This document shows positions 49,639 to 60,718 of a stretch of DNA of 64,000 nucleotides, in pieces. A program made the position numbers and the translations under genes. Origin of the DNA: an uncultured Actinomycetota bacterium. GTDB lineage: Bacteria; Actinomycetota; Actinomycetes; Propionibacteriales; Nocardioidaceae. Within the stretch, counting starts at the first letter, position 1, and every line of letters starts with the position of its first letter. The notes below the pieces were generated by a model. The model was not told the origin of the DNA. It searched no databases and saw only the letters and a list, made by a program, of their open reading frames with translations. The DNA lies in assembly GCA_963765915.1 (NCBI GenBank), contig CAVXYB010000002.1, forward strand, positions 27,026 through 91,025, in the 5' to 3' direction.

Positions 49639-50814
49639 ATGACGGTCCTGCAGAAGCAGGCACGGAGCCAGGTTCAGCACCTCACCGCCGAGGACATCGA
49701 GGCGATCGGCGCCGAGCTCGACGCGCTCCGCCAGCAGGTCATCGAATCCCGTGGGGCCCGCGACGCGGCGTACATCCGTCGGGTCATCGACGTGCAGCGC
49801 AAGGTCGAGCTCGGCAGCCGCGCGCTGCTGCTCGCCGGCCGCAACCCGGCGGCCTGGGTGCTCGGCACCGCGGGTCTCTCGCTCTCCAAGATCCTCAACA
49901 ACATGGAGATCGGCCACAACGTCCTCCACGGCCAGTGGGACTGGATGCGCGACCCCAAGATCCACTCCACGACCTGGGACTGGGACCACTCCTCGCCGCC
50001 CGAGCAGTGGAAGCGCGCGCACAACGACCAGCACCACAAGTTCACCAACATCGTCGGCCAGGACAACGACCTCGGCTGGGGCATCATGCGGGTCGACGAG
50101 GACCAGGAGTGGCAGCCCCGCCACCTGGCGCAGCCCGTCGTCAACTTCATCACCGCCTGCATCTTCGAGTGGGGCATCGCGATGTACGACGCCGATCTCG
50201 GCGAGTCGATCCGCGCCAAGAAGGGGATGCCGGCGGAGACCCGGCGCCGGATGCGCGACACACTGCGCAAGGCCGGCAAGCAGGCCGTCAAGGACTACGT
50301 CGTGCACCCGGCGCTGTCCGGCCGCAACTGGCGCCGCACGCTGGCCGCCAACGCGACCGCCAACCTGGTCCGCAACGTGTGGAGCCACTCGGTGATCATG
50401 TGCGGCCACTTCCCTGAGGGCGTCGAGACTTTCGAGCAGCTCGAGCTCGACGAGCAGGAGACCCGCGGCCAGTGGTACCTGCGCCAGATGCTCGGCTCCG
50501 CCGACATCTCCGGCAGCCCGCTGCTGCACCTGATGACCGGCAACCTGTCCCACCAGATCGAGCACCACTGCTTCCCCGACCTGCCGAGCAACAGGTACGC
50601 CGAGATCGCGCCGCACATGGAGGACCTCTTCCAGCGCTACGGCCTCAGCTACAACTCGCGACCGCTGGTGCCTCAGGTCGCCTCCTCGTGGCATCGCGTG
50701 GTGCGGCTCTCGCTCCCCAACGGGTGGCTGGCGGAGACCAACTGGCGCAACGCACCCCGGCAGCTCCGCAAGCTGGCGCGGATGGCGCGACGTCTCGAAC
50801 CCGCTCCCGCCTGA
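49639..50814 (+). CDS. Membrane acyl-CoA desaturase (DesA3-like)
   Basis: His boxes HNVLH, HNDQHH, HQIEHH; AGGAGG RBS. Confidence 0.92.
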   Translation: MTVLQKQARSQVQHLTAEDIEAIGAELDALRQQVIESRGARDAAYIRRVIDVQRKVELGSRALLLAGRNPAAWVLGTAGLSLSKILNNMEIGHNVLHGQWDWMRDPKIHSTTWDWDHSSPPEQWKRAHNDQHHKFTNIVGQDNDLGWGIMRVDEDQEWQPRHLAQPVVNFITACIFEWGIAMYDADLGESIRAKKGMPAETRRRMRDTLRKAGKQAVKDYVVHPALSGRNWRRTLAANATANLVRNVWSHSVIMCGHFPEGVETFEQLELDEQETRGQWYLRQMLGSADISGSPLLHLMTGNLSHQIEHHCFPDLPSNRYAEIAPHMEDLFQRYGLSYNSRPLVPQVASSWHRVVRLSLPNGWLAETNWRNAPRQLRKLARMARRLEPAPA

Positions 50815-50827
50815 TCCGACCGTTGGG

Positions 50828-51229
50828 TCAGATCTCCGGGACGGTCGACGCCCAGAGGTGACCGTCGGGGTCGTTGAACGTCCCGGTGTATCCCCAGGGC
50901 TTCTGCTCGGGGCCGGAGGCCACCCGGCCACCGGCCGCCTCCACGCGCGCGACCAGCTCGTCCACCTCGGCCGGGTTGCCCGCCTGCAGGCTGAGCAGGC
51001 ACTCCGACGTCCCGGGCTCGGCGGTGGGGTGGTCTGCAGTGACCCAGCCGAACCCACCGGTCGGGACGTACATCACCGAGGTCTGCTCGTTGAGCTGCAC
51101 CCGTAGCGGCTCGGGCACCCCGTCGTCGGCCAGCTCGCCAGGTGTCTCGAGGCCCAGCCCCTGGGCGAATGCGTAGGCGCGGGAGCGGTCGGCGGTGGGC
51201 AGGGCGATGACGGTGTTGTAGGACGGCAT
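50828..51229 (-). CDS. VOC/glyoxalase family protein
   Basis: VDELVARVEAAGG, PWGYTGTFNDPDGHLW. Confidence 0.88.
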   Translation of the reverse strand: MPSYNTVIALPTADRSRAYAFAQGLGLETPGELADDGVPEPLRVQLNEQTSVMYVPTGGFGWVTADHPTAEPGTSECLLSLQAGNPAEVDELVARVEAAGGRVASGPEQKPWGYTGTFNDPDGHLWASTVPEI

Positions 51230-51282
51230 GGCAATCAGACTCCCCGGCGCTGCCGGAGTCATCGCCCCGGCAAGATGAGGCC

Positions 51283-52098
51283 GTGAGCTCTCCCCTGATC
51301 TCGACCGACGAGCTGCGAGCGCGGCTCTCGGGCACGACCGTGCTCGACGTGCGCTACCGGATCGGCGGGCCGCCAGGCTGGGAGCAGTACGTCGCCGGCC
51401 ACGTCCCCGGTGCGGCGTACGTGGACCTGGACCGCGACCTGGCCGCGCCGCCGGGGGAGGGTGGCCGGCACCCGTTGCCCCAGCCGGAGGGCTTCGGCGC
51501 GGCGATGCGCCGGTCCGGGGTCTTCGTCGACCGACCGGTGGTGGTCTACGACGACTGGGCCGGTCAGGCTGCCGGCCGATGCTGGTGGCTGCTGCGCCAC
51601 CACGGCCACCCCGACGTCCGGGTGCTCGACGGGGGCTGGGCGGCCTGGCGGGCCGACGAAGGGCCGACCGGGACCGGGGAGGTCGACGTGCCGGTCGGGG
51701 ACTTCGCGCCTCGCGGGGCGCGGCTGCCGCTGGTGGAGGCCGACCAGGTCCTCGATGTCACCGCGCTGGTCGATGCGCGGGCGCCGGAACGGTTCCGTGG
51801 CGAGACGGAGCCGATCGACCCGGTCGCCGGTCACATTCCTGGCGCCGTGAACGTCCCGACCAGTGCCAACGTGGGGTCGGACGGTCGGTTCCGCAGTCTC
51901 GAGGAGCTGCGCGCGACGTACCTCGCCGCCGGGGTGCCGCTCGAGGGCGACGCCGAGGTCGCGGTCTACTGCGGCTCCGGGGTGACCGCCGTCCACGACC
52001 TGATCGCACTCGAGCTGCTCGGCGTCCGGGCGGCGCTCTACCCCGGCAGCTGGTCCGGCTGGATCACCGACCCGGCCCGACCAGTGGAGACGGGCTGA
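51283..52098 (+). CDS. Rhodanese-type sulfurtransferase (SseA-like)
   Basis: GHVPGA, GRHPLP, LDGG, GHIPGA, YCGSGVTA, YPGSWSGW. Confidence 0.93.
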   Translation: MSSPLISTDELRARLSGTTVLDVRYRIGGPPGWEQYVAGHVPGAAYVDLDRDLAAPPGEGGRHPLPQPEGFGAAMRRSGVFVDRPVVVYDDWAGQAAGRCWWLLRHHGHPDVRVLDGGWAAWRADEGPTGTGEVDVPVGDFAPRGARLPLVEADQVLDVTALVDARAPERFRGETEPIDPVAGHIPGAVNVPTSANVGSDGRFRSLEELRATYLAAGVPLEGDAEVAVYCGSGVTAVHDLIALELLGVRAALYPGSWSGWITDPARPVETG

Positions 52099-52101
52099 GC
52101 T

Positions 52102-52159
52102 GTTTCGACACGCGCGGTCGCGCCCGAGCAAGCTCGGCCGCGCGCGCTGCTCAACCACC
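52102..52159. repeat. Divergent single REP copy
   Basis: GTTTCGACACG-(long internal hairpin)-GCTCAACCACC. Confidence 0.65.
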
Positions 52160-52197
52160 ATCGATCTGACCTGTCCTCGTTCCTCGGACAGCTCAGA

Positions 52198-54207
52198 TCA
52201 CCAGTGCACGCCCTTGAACACCCTGGCCAGCATGATCTGCTCGGACTCGCGGGTGCCTCCGGAGGCGGGCGCACCCTTCGCGGCCGCCGAGTCGGGGAAG
52301 ACGTGGTAGGCCGCGTTGAGCACCCGGAAGGTGAGCTTCGGCGCGATCGTGTGCATGATCGCGCCGGCATTGCCGAGTGCCGTGTTGATCTCGTGCGGCC
52401 GCTCCACCATGGCCTTGATGACCAGGTCGGCCGCCTGCGCCGGTGAGATGGTCGGGAACTTGTCGTAGAGCTTGGTCGGGGCGATCATCGGCGTCCGGAC
52501 CAGCGGCATGTGGATGCCGGTGAACGTGATGCCGTCGCCGACCAGCTCGGAGGCGACCACGTTGCTCCACGAGTCGAGCGCTGCCTTGGACGCGACGTAC
52601 GCCGAGAAGCGCGGCGGGTTGGTCTGCACACCGATCGAGCTGATGTTCACGACGTGGCCGCGCTTCTGCTTGCGCATCGCCGGGACCAGTCCCATCACCA
52701 GCCGGATGGCACCGAAGTAGTTGAGCTGCATCGTCCGCTCAAAGTCGTGGAACCGGTCGTGCGACAGCTTCAGGGAGCGCCGGATGGACCGGCCGGCGTT
52801 GTTGACGACGAAGTCGACCGACGGGAGCTGGGTCGTGAGCTGACCGCACAGGCCGTCGATCGCCTCGAGGTCGGAGAGGTCGCAGGGGAAGACGTACGCC
52901 GTCCCGCCGCGGCGCTCGATCACTGCCCGGGTCTCCTCGAGCTTGTCCTTGCCACGCGCGACCAGCACCGGGATGCCGCCGCACTGCGCGACCTTCAGCG
53001 CGGTGACCTGGCCGATTCCGGAGGAGGCGCCGGTGATGACGACGTACTTGCCCTTGAGGGCCTCCCGGTTGCTCCTGTCGCGGCCCGTGGTCTCGTCGAG
53101 GTTCTCCTCCCAGTAGCCCCACAGCGTGCGGGCGTACGACTCGAGGTCGGGCACCGAGATGCCCGAGCCGGACAGCGCCTTCTCGGTGCGCCGTGAGTCG
53201 AAGACCGGGGCGAACGAGGTGTGCGCGAGCACCTCTGCCGGGACGCCGAGCCGACCGATGGTCAGGTCCAGCATCGCCTGCGCCGGCCCGGACTTGAGGA
53301 CGCCGTTGACCAGCGTCGAGGGCCGCAGGGCGTGGGGGAGCAGGGCCAGCGGCCCGCCCGCGGTGACCCCGCGGTCGATGGGGGTCGCGAAGGTCGGCGC
53401 GCCGGCCGCCTTGCAGAACACGTTGACCATGGCGACCACCGGCTGCGGGTCGGGGTTGACCAGATGGAACGCCTCGCCGTCGCGGTCGGGCAGGTGCCCG
53501 AGGTGGTCCATCGCCTTGGCGACGTAGTCGACCGGCACCACGTTGGTGTCGCCGAGGTCGATGCCGACCAGCGGCAGCCACGAGGGCAGGTTGTCCCGCA
53601 TCAGCCGCATCATCGGGAAGAAGTAGTAGGGGCCGTCGACCTTGTCCATCGCTCCGGTCTCGGAGTGGCCGACCACGATGGCCGGGCGATAGACCCGCCA
53701 CGGCACGGTCGCCTCCTCCCGGACGATCTTCTCCGACTCGTACTTGGTGCGGTGGTACGCCGACGGCAGGTGCTGTCCCTCGTCGAACATCGTCTCGTCG
53801 AAGAGGCCCCGGTAGTCGCCCGCGGCTGCGACCGACGAGACCTGGTGGAAGCGTCCCGCCTGCACGGCGTCGGCCAGCTCGAGGGCGTGCCGGGTGCCGC
53901 CGACGTTGAGCTTCTCGTTGGTCTCGTCGTCGGCGGTCATGTCATAGATCGCCGCGAGGTGGAAGAAGTGGTCGACGTCGCCTCGGTGCTCTTTCACCCA
54001 GTCGTCGTCGATGCCCAGCCGGTCCGATGAGAGGTCGCCGACCACGGGGACCACCCGGTCGGAGCCCCAGGCCTGGATGAGCGACTCCATCCGGTCCAGC
54101 GACGACTCACGGCAGAGCACGAAGATCGTGCCCGCGCGGTGGTCGACGAGCTCCTGCACGAGGTGCCTGCCGATGAACCCCGTCGCACCGGTCACGAAGT
54201 ACGCCAT
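52198..54207 (-). CDS. Two-domain SDR (AcrA1-like fatty acyl-CoA reductase)
   Basis: TGATGFIG/YHRTK and TGASSGIG/NNAGRSIRR/YVASK domains. Confidence 0.9.
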   Translation of the reverse strand: MAYFVTGATGFIGRHLVQELVDHRAGTIFVLCRESSLDRMESLIQAWGSDRVVPVVGDLSSDRLGIDDDWVKEHRGDVDHFFHLAAIYDMTADDETNEKLNVGGTRHALELADAVQAGRFHQVSSVAAAGDYRGLFDETMFDEGQHLPSAYHRTKYESEKIVREEATVPWRVYRPAIVVGHSETGAMDKVDGPYYFFPMMRLMRDNLPSWLPLVGIDLGDTNVVPVDYVAKAMDHLGHLPDRDGEAFHLVNPDPQPVVAMVNVFCKAAGAPTFATPIDRGVTAGGPLALLPHALRPSTLVNGVLKSGPAQAMLDLTIGRLGVPAEVLAHTSFAPVFDSRRTEKALSGSGISVPDLESYARTLWGYWEENLDETTGRDRSNREALKGKYVVITGASSGIGQVTALKVAQCGGIPVLVARGKDKLEETRAVIERRGGTAYVFPCDLSDLEAIDGLCGQLTTQLPSVDFVVNNAGRSIRRSLKLSHDRFHDFERTMQLNYFGAIRLVMGLVPAMRKQKRGHVVNISSIGVQTNPPRFSAYVASKAALDSWSNVVASELVGDGITFTGIHMPLVRTPMIAPTKLYDKFPTISPAQAADLVIKAMVERPHEINTALGNAGAIMHTIAPKLTFRVLNAAYHVFPDSAAAKGAPASGGTRESEQIMLARVFKGVHW

Positions 54208-54433
54208 GGGCGGATGTTACCGGCTGGTCACTTCGGGGGGTAGGGGTCCGGCGGCACTACCCAGCCGGCCGGTCCAGGCGGCGGTGAGCTACGGCCCATT
54301 TCTAAGCGCTGAACGGGCCCAGGCTCACCGCCACCCTGCCCGGCTGAATCGGTCTCACACCCGTCCGCGATGGCGCGTCCTGGGGCGCACGACACTCAGG
54401 CGGATCTCCGGGGGCCGCTGCGGAAGGCTGGGC

Positions 54434-55474
54434 CTACTCCGGCTTGCCGCCGAACATGATCTCGTCCCAGCTCGGGACCGAGGCACGGCCGCGGGTCTTC
54501 TTCACCGGCCGGCGCGGGGGCTCGGAGTCGCCCGCGTCCTCGTCGAGGGCCGCGGCATCGGCTGCCTGGTCGACCAGCTCGCTCTCGTCGAGACCGGGCT
54601 GGTCGTCGAGGAAGGCCTCGAGCGGCTGGTCGGTCTGGAGCCCGGCGCGGATCGAGGCGGCGGTGTCGGTGAGGTCGAGGGTGCTCTCCCGCTCGGCAGC
54701 AGGCTCGTCGATGATGCCCAGCACATCGTCGCCGAGGGTCAGCTGCTCCGCGGGCACCGCGCTGAGACGGCGTACGCCGGGAACCGGCTCGGGCTCGGCC
54801 GTCGGGTCCGCGATGTCGCCGACCAGCCAGTGGGCGTCGTCGTTGTCGAGCACGACGAAGTTGCCGGGCTGGTCGAAGGTGAGCTCGGCCATGCCCTCGT
54901 GCCCCTGGATCGAGTAGCGGCCGGTCAGCGACCAGCGGCCGTCCTCACGGCGCCAGGCGTCCCAGGTGACGATCTCGGGGTCGACGTTGCGGGCGTGCAG
55001 GTGACCGGTGATCGCGTCGCCGAGGGTGCGGGCCCCACCGGGGGCCTCGCCGGCGGGGCGTCGGATCGAGGACCGCTGGGCGCGCTCGGCGACGTGCTCG
55101 CGCTCGGCGAGCACCGGGGCGGCGTAGGGCATGACCTTCTCGACGGTGGTCTTCGCGGCCGCGGCCACCGACTCGGGGGTCTCCCCGGCCCGAATCCGCG
55201 CCTGGATGTCACGGGGTCGCAGCATGCTGTCCATGTGGCTCTCCACCTTGCCGGAACTCTGGGGGACGGGACGATCGGGACGCCGCGGCTCGCCGCCCAG
55301 GGCAGCCCGCAGCCGGGCGTCGATGTCGACGGTGAACTCGGTCCCCGCCGCGTCGGCCAACCGGAGCCGTGTGCCGTCCGGGGTCACGCCGGCGACGGTC
55401 AGGTGCCGTCCGGCCGAGCGCTGCAGGCGCGCTGGGGCCGGGGGCGGGTTGGTGGGTAGCTCGTGTGCCGACAT
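54434..55474 (-). CDS. sepH: Septation regulator SepH (DUF3071)
   Basis: LRPRDIQARIRAG, PVLAER, WDAWRREDGRW, C-terminal RASVPSWDEIMFG. Confidence 0.88.
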   Translation of the reverse strand: MSAHELPTNPPPAPARLQRSAGRHLTVAGVTPDGTRLRLADAAGTEFTVDIDARLRAALGGEPRRPDRPVPQSSGKVESHMDSMLRPRDIQARIRAGETPESVAAAAKTTVEKVMPYAAPVLAEREHVAERAQRSSIRRPAGEAPGGARTLGDAITGHLHARNVDPEIVTWDAWRREDGRWSLTGRYSIQGHEGMAELTFDQPGNFVVLDNDDAHWLVGDIADPTAEPEPVPGVRRLSAVPAEQLTLGDDVLGIIDEPAAERESTLDLTDTAASIRAGLQTDQPLEAFLDDQPGLDESELVDQAADAAALDEDAGDSEPPRRPVKKTRGRASVPSWDEIMFGGKPE

Positions 55475-55563
55475 GCCTCGTCGTGGTCCTCACTCCGGAT
55501 GCGGCTGAGCCTACGACAGCGACACGCCCGGCAGCGGGAGCGTGAGCGCGCGCCACGCCGGGG

Positions 55564-56868
55564 TTACTGGCCCAGAACGCGCCGCACGTAGCCGTTGGCG
55601 AACACCCGCTGCGGATCCAGCCGATCCCGCAGGGCGAGGAACTCCTCGAAGCGGGGGTACGCCGGCGCCAGGTCGTCCGCTGACAGGGTGTGCACCTTGC
55701 CCCAGTGCGGGCGGCCGTCGTGGGCCCGCATGATCGGCTCCATCAGGGCGAAGTAGTCGCGGTGCTCGGCGTCGCGGTGGGTGTGGAAGGCCAGGTAGAA
55801 GGAGTCCCGGCCGCCGGCCGTCGACAGGGGGATGTCGTCGGCGGGCGCCACCCGGATCTCGACGGGGAAGCTGATCCGCAGGTCGGAGGCGTCGAGTGCC
55901 CGACGTGCCTCGCGGAGCACGTCGAGACCGGCCTCGCGCGGTACGGCGTACTCCATCTCCCGGAACACGACCCGACGCTGGGCGGTGAAGACCCGGTGCG
56001 GGAGGTCGGCGTAGCTGCGCGGGCTGAGCAGCCGCGCGCTCATCCGGTTCATCCGCGGGATCACGCGCGGTGCGCGGTTGGCGCCCGCGGTGAGCATTCC
56101 GAAGGCGGTGTTCTGGAGGAACTCGTCGTCGAACCAGGCCCGCCGACGCGAGAGCGGTCGGACCTGTGCGAGGTCGACACCGCGGCGGGTGTTCCGCTTG
56201 GTCAGGAGCCGGTCGGTGTGCGGGAACCAGTACATGTCCACGTGGTCGGCGGTGGCGGTCATCTCGTCGAAGCTGCTGAGCGCCTGGTCCCAGGACATCG
56301 GCACCTCCTCGGCCTCGAGCACGAAGAGCGGCTCGACCCGGAAGGTGATCGAGGTGAGGACGCCGAGTGCGCCGAGCCCGACCCGGGCGACCTCGAGGAC
56401 GTCGGCGTTCTCCTCCGGGGTGGCCCGGAAAAGCTCGCCGGTGCCGGTGACCAGCTCGAGACCGACGACCTGTGCGGCGAGTCCCGCGGCCCGACCGCCG
56501 GTGCCGTGGGTGCCGGTCGAGATGGCTCCCGCCAAGGTCTGCTCGGCGATGTCGCCCATGTTGTGCAGCGACAGGCCGAGCGCCTCGAGGCCGGCGTTGA
56601 GGTCGGCCAGGCGGGTGCCGGACCGGGCCGTGACAGTCATCGCCTCCCGGTCGACGCCCACGATGCCGGTCAGCCCGTCGGGCCGGAGCATGGTCGCCTC
56701 CGGCGCCGCGATCGCGGTGAAGCTGTGGCCGGTGCCCACCATCTTTACGGTGCTGGACTCGTGCAGCGCGCGACGTACTTCGGCGACCACGTCGCCCGGA
56801 TCGGCGGGCATGGCCTCGCGGGAGGGGGTCGCGCTCTCGAGGCCAGACCAGTTGTGCCAGCCGGTCAC
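55564..56868 (-). CDS. D-arabinono-1,4-lactone oxidase family FAD oxidoreductase
   Basis: WHNWSG, GTGHSF, GAISTGTHG, EMEY, FPVEIR, GRPHWGK. Confidence 0.92.
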   Translation of the reverse strand: MTGWHNWSGLESATPSREAMPADPGDVVAEVRRALHESSTVKMVGTGHSFTAIAAPEATMLRPDGLTGIVGVDREAMTVTARSGTRLADLNAGLEALGLSLHNMGDIAEQTLAGAISTGTHGTGGRAAGLAAQVVGLELVTGTGELFRATPEENADVLEVARVGLGALGVLTSITFRVEPLFVLEAEEVPMSWDQALSSFDEMTATADHVDMYWFPHTDRLLTKRNTRRGVDLAQVRPLSRRRAWFDDEFLQNTAFGMLTAGANRAPRVIPRMNRMSARLLSPRSYADLPHRVFTAQRRVVFREMEYAVPREAGLDVLREARRALDASDLRISFPVEIRVAPADDIPLSTAGGRDSFYLAFHTHRDAEHRDYFALMEPIMRAHDGRPHWGKVHTLSADDLAPAYPRFEEFLALRDRLDPQRVFANGYVRRVLGQ

Positions 56869-58103
56869 GTCGCCGCGCCCGTGGTCTCCGGCGTCGGCTG
56901 CTCACTCGCAGATCGGTCCGCAGCACGCCGCCGGGGGACCGCCTGGGCAGCGACCGCGGCCAGCACGCCCGCAGCCAGGCTGACGAGGTATGCAGCCGAC
57001 GCGCCGTGGGCGTCGACGATCCACCCGCTGACGGCGGCGCCGGGCGCCACTCCGGCGACGATTCCGGTCTGCATGATCGCCATCCCCTCGGTCAGCCGGA
57101 CCGGCGGCACGCTGGCCTGGGTCAGGGACATGGTGGCGATCAGGGTCGGGGCGATGGCCACGCCGCCGACCAGCAGCAGGAGACCCATCAGGGGGACGGA
57201 GTCGACGAAGTAGAGCGGCGCCATGGTGCAGGCCATCCCGATAGCGCCCACCCGGACCCGGAACGAGGGTCCGCGCCGCCAGGAGCATGCGCCGGTGACC
57301 ACGCCCGCGAGCAGGCTGCCCAGCGCCCAGAGCGCGAGGAGCCCGCCGGCGTAGGCCTTCGTGCCCTGTTCGTCGGCGAAGGCGACCGTGGTCACCTCGG
57401 CGGCGCCGAACAGGATCCCGAGCGCCGCGCACACGACGGCGAGCGGCAGGACGGTCCGCCACGGCATCCGGGTGCGCGCTCCGGCGGCGGCGTCATGGGG
57501 GTGCGCCGGCGGCTCGGTCCGGCACTGAGCGGCGAAGGCGAGGCTGCCGACGGTGCCGAGGACCGCGGCGGTGCCCAGCGCGACCACCGGGTCGACCGCG
57601 GTGGCCAGCACCGTGACGATGATCGGCCCGAGGATGAAGACGGTCTCGTCGACGACCGCCTCGAACGCGTAGGCGGTCTGCACGTCGTCCGGCGCCGTGA
57701 GGACATGGGTCCAGCGGGCCCGCACCGACGACCCCACCGACGGGAGGGTCCCGCCGGCCACCGCTGCCGCCGCGTAGGAGACCGCGATCGGCCAGTCGGC
57801 CTGCACCGAGGTGATGAGCAGTCCCGTCGAGACCCCGCAGGCCACGCTGGCCGTGCCCAGGACCACGCGCTGGCCGAGGGTGTCTATCAGCCGGCCCTGG
57901 GCGATCGCGAGCAGCGCGTTGGCGATCATGTACGCCGCCGAGACCGAGCCGGCCACGCCGTACGAGCCGGTGCCGGCCTGGACGAGGAAGACGATGCCCA
58001 GACCGGCCATGGAGATCGGCAGCCGGGCCACCAGTCCGGTCAGGGAGAAGAGCAGGCCACCGGGCGTCGCGAGGACCCGGCGGTAGGACGAGAGCAGGGG
58101 CAC
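56865..58103 (-). CDS. MFS transporter
   Basis: ARLPISM, GRLIDTLGQ, DETVFILGP; ~12 TM. Confidence 0.9.
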   Translation of the reverse strand: MPLLSSYRRVLATPGGLLFSLTGLVARLPISMAGLGIVFLVQAGTGSYGVAGSVSAAYMIANALLAIAQGRLIDTLGQRVVLGTASVACGVSTGLLITSVQADWPIAVSYAAAAVAGGTLPSVGSSVRARWTHVLTAPDDVQTAYAFEAVVDETVFILGPIIVTVLATAVDPVVALGTAAVLGTVGSLAFAAQCRTEPPAHPHDAAAGARTRMPWRTVLPLAVVCAALGILFGAAEVTTVAFADEQGTKAYAGGLLALWALGSLLAGVVTGACSWRRGPSFRVRVGAIGMACTMAPLYFVDSVPLMGLLLLVGGVAIAPTLIATMSLTQASVPPVRLTEGMAIMQTGIVAGVAPGAAVSGWIVDAHGASAAYLVSLAAGVLAAVAAQAVPRRRAADRSASEQPTPETTGAAT

Positions 58104-58149
58104 TGGCCCAACCTAGGACCGCGGACCGACCGCCGCCGAATCGTTTGCC

Positions 58150-59259
58150 GTGTCTATCGTTCACGACGTGGACCGCCCCGACGTCGCGCCGTACGACGCG
58201 CTCCTGCTGGTGTCCTTCGGCGGTCCCGAGCGACCCGAGGACGTGGTGCCGTTCCTCGAGAACGTCACCGCCGGCCGCAGCATCCCGCGCGAGCGGCTCG
58301 AGGAGGTCGGTCGTCACTACGAGCTGTTCGGTGGCCGGTCACCGATCAACGACCTCAACCGCGATCTGGTCTCCGGCATCGAGGCCGAGCTGGCGGCAGC
58401 GGGCATCGCGCTGCCCGTCTACTGGGGCAACCGCAACTGGGACCCCTACCTCACCGAGGCCGTGCAGCGCATGGCCGACGACGGGGTGCGGCGGGCGGCC
58501 TGCTTCGTCACGAGTGCCTACTCGTCGTGGTCGAGCTGCCGTCAGTACCGCGAGAACCTGTTCGACGCCTCGGCGGCCGTCGTGGGCGCGCCGGTCCTCG
58601 ACAAGCTGCGCCACTACTTCAACCACCCGGGCTTCGTGGAGCCCGTCGCCGACGCGGTGCTCGCGCAGCTGGCGACGTTGCCTGGCGAGGTCCGGGACGG
58701 CGCGCACCTGGCGTTCGTCACCCACTCCATCCCGGTCGCCATGGCCGAGGGCTCGGGTCCCGACGGCGGTGCGTACGTCGCCCAGCACCGTGACGTCGCG
58801 GCCGAGGTCACCGCCCGGATCGCCGAGGAGACCGGCGTCCGGCACCCCTGCGAGCTCGTGTTCTGCTCGCGCTCCGGGCCGCCGCAGGCGCCGTGGCTCG
58901 AGCCCGACGTCAACGACCACCTCGCCGCGCTGTCCGAGGCCGGGGTGCCGGCCGTGGTCATGGTCCCGGCTGGCTTCGTCTCCGACCACATGGAGGTCGT
59001 CTACGACCTCGACACCGAGGCGATGGCCACCGCCGAGCGACTCGGGCTGCCGGCCCGCCGAGCCGCGACCGCGGGGTCCGACCGGCGGTTCGTGGCGATG
59101 GTCCGCGATCTCCTGGTCGAGCGGGCCACGGTCGAGCGCGGCGAGGAGGTGGTCCGGACCAGCAGGGGGTCCCTCGGCCCGATGTGGGACCGCTGCCCGG
59201 TGGGGTGCTGCCCCAACCCCCGTGGCGACCGGCCGGCGCTGTGCGGGGAGAGCGCATGA
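58150..59259 (+). CDS. hemH: Ferrochelatase (coproporphyrin ferrochelatase)
   Basis: [44 protein letters not shown]. Confidence 0.95.
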   Translation: MSIVHDVDRPDVAPYDALLLVSFGGPERPEDVVPFLENVTAGRSIPRERLEEVGRHYELFGGRSPINDLNRDLVSGIEAELAAAGIALPVYWGNRNWDPYLTEAVQRMADDGVRRAACFVTSAYSSWSSCRQYRENLFDASAAVVGAPVLDKLRHYFNHPGFVEPVADAVLAQLATLPGEVRDGAHLAFVTHSIPVAMAEGSGPDGGAYVAQHRDVAAEVTARIAEETGVRHPCELVFCSRSGPPQAPWLEPDVNDHLAALSEAGVPAVVMVPAGFVSDHMEVVYDLDTEAMATAERLGLPARRAATAGSDRRFVAMVRDLLVERATVERGEEVVRTSRGSLGPMWDRCPVGCCPNPRGDRPALCGESA

Positions 59260-60056
59260 CCACCCCCGAGGAGCTCCTCGAGCTGGCGTTGCTCACCGCA
59301 CGCTCGGCTGGGCGGATGATCGAGTCCGGAGCGGCCCGGGGTGTCACCGTCGCCGCGACGAAGTCCAGTGACGTCGACGTGGTCACCGAGTCCGACCGCA
59401 GCGCCGAGCGCCTGATCCGCCGTGCCTTGCTCCAGGCCCGGCCGGACGACGCGGTCATCGGGGAGGAGGGTGACGACTAGCCCGGCACCTCCGGCGTCCG
59501 GTGGATCGTCGACCCCATCGACGGCACCGTGAACTTCCTCTACGGGATCCCGCACTACGCCGTCTCGATCGCCGCCGAGCTCGACGGCGAGGTGGTCGCG
59601 GGGGTGGTCCTCAACGTCGCCACAGGCGCGGAGTACACCGCTGCACGCGGCGGGCCGGCGTACCGCGACGGCCGGCCGATCGCCGTCCGGGCCACGGTGC
59701 CCCTCTCCGAGCGACTGATCGGGACCGGCTTCTCCTACGACACCGGGCAGCGCGAGGTGCAGGCCCGCGCGCTGGTCCGGCTGATCCCGCGGATCCGCGA
59801 CATCCGCAGGTTCGGCTCGTGTGCGCTGGACCTGTGCGCGGTCGCCCAGGGAACCCTGGACGGGTACGTCGAGGAGGGGGTCAACCTCTGGGACCACGCC
59901 GCCGGCGGGCTCATCGCCGGGGCGGCCGGCGCCCGGGTGGAGACCGCCGAGGGGGTCGGCGGCCGGCTCCTGGTGATGTCCGCACCCGAGCCCGGTTTCG
60001 ACGAGTTCAGGAGTGCCGTGGCCGCGGCTGGGTACCTCGCGGCTCACGGGGACTGA
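59256..60056 (+). pseudogene. suhB: Inositol monophosphatase with in-frame TAG at 59478-59480
   Basis: GEEGDD*PGTSGVRWIVDPIDGTVNF, RRFGSCALDLC, WDHAAG in one frame across the stop; may be a sequencing error. Confidence 0.85.
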
Positions 60057-60084
60057 CCCCGGGGCCGGAGCGGGGCACGGGGAG

Positions 60085-60110
60085 GGAATAGCCACGCTTC
60101 ACCGGACGTT
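60085..60110 (+). promoter_or_regulatory. SigR/SigH-type promoter
   Basis: GGAAT-N18-GTT upstream of the DUF4193 gene. Confidence 0.6.
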
Positions 60111-60238
60111 CAGCCCACGCACTGGCCGCCGGTGTGTCCGTTCCCGGGTCGATGGTGCACAATCCTCCCCTGCCGACGGCGTTCCGCCGGTGCCGGGGAA
60201 GTGACACAGACGTTTGAACGGCCGAAGGGAGTGAAGAC

Positions 60239-60529
60239 ATGGCGACTGATTACGACGCCCCACGCAAGAGTGATGAAGACCAGTCCGAAGAGAGCATCGA
60301 AGAGCTCAAGGCTCGTCGCCACGACAAGAACTCCGGAAAGGTCGACGAGGACGAGGCCGAGGCGGCCGAGTCGTTCGAGCTGCCCGGCGCGGACCTCTCG
60401 CACGAAGAGCTCGCGGTCGAGGTGAAGCCCAAGCAGGAGGACGAGTTCACCTGCATGAGCTGTTTCCTGGTCCACCACCGGAGCCAGCTGGCGAATGCCA
60501 AGAAGATGATCTGTTTTGACTGTGCGTAA
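60239..60529 (+). CDS. DUF4193 family protein
   Basis: MATDYDAPRK, FELPGADLS, DEFTCMSCFLVHHRSQL. Confidence 0.92.
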   Translation: MATDYDAPRKSDEDQSEESIEELKARRHDKNSGKVDEDEAEAAESFELPGADLSHEELAVEVKPKQEDEFTCMSCFLVHHRSQLANAKKMICFDCA

Positions 60530-60718
60530 GCGCAGGACCTGAGCAGCCACACACGGCGCCCCCGCCCAGCGGGAGCGCCGTGTCTGCTTTCGCTGGACCT
60601 GCTTTGGTCGCGCGCGGCTGTCAGCTCACTTGGGTGCCACGTGCGGTGACCCGGCAGTTCTCGTCGACGCGGGCCTTCGGCGCGGGCACCAGAACGACCG
60701 GGTCACCGATAAGCGCTT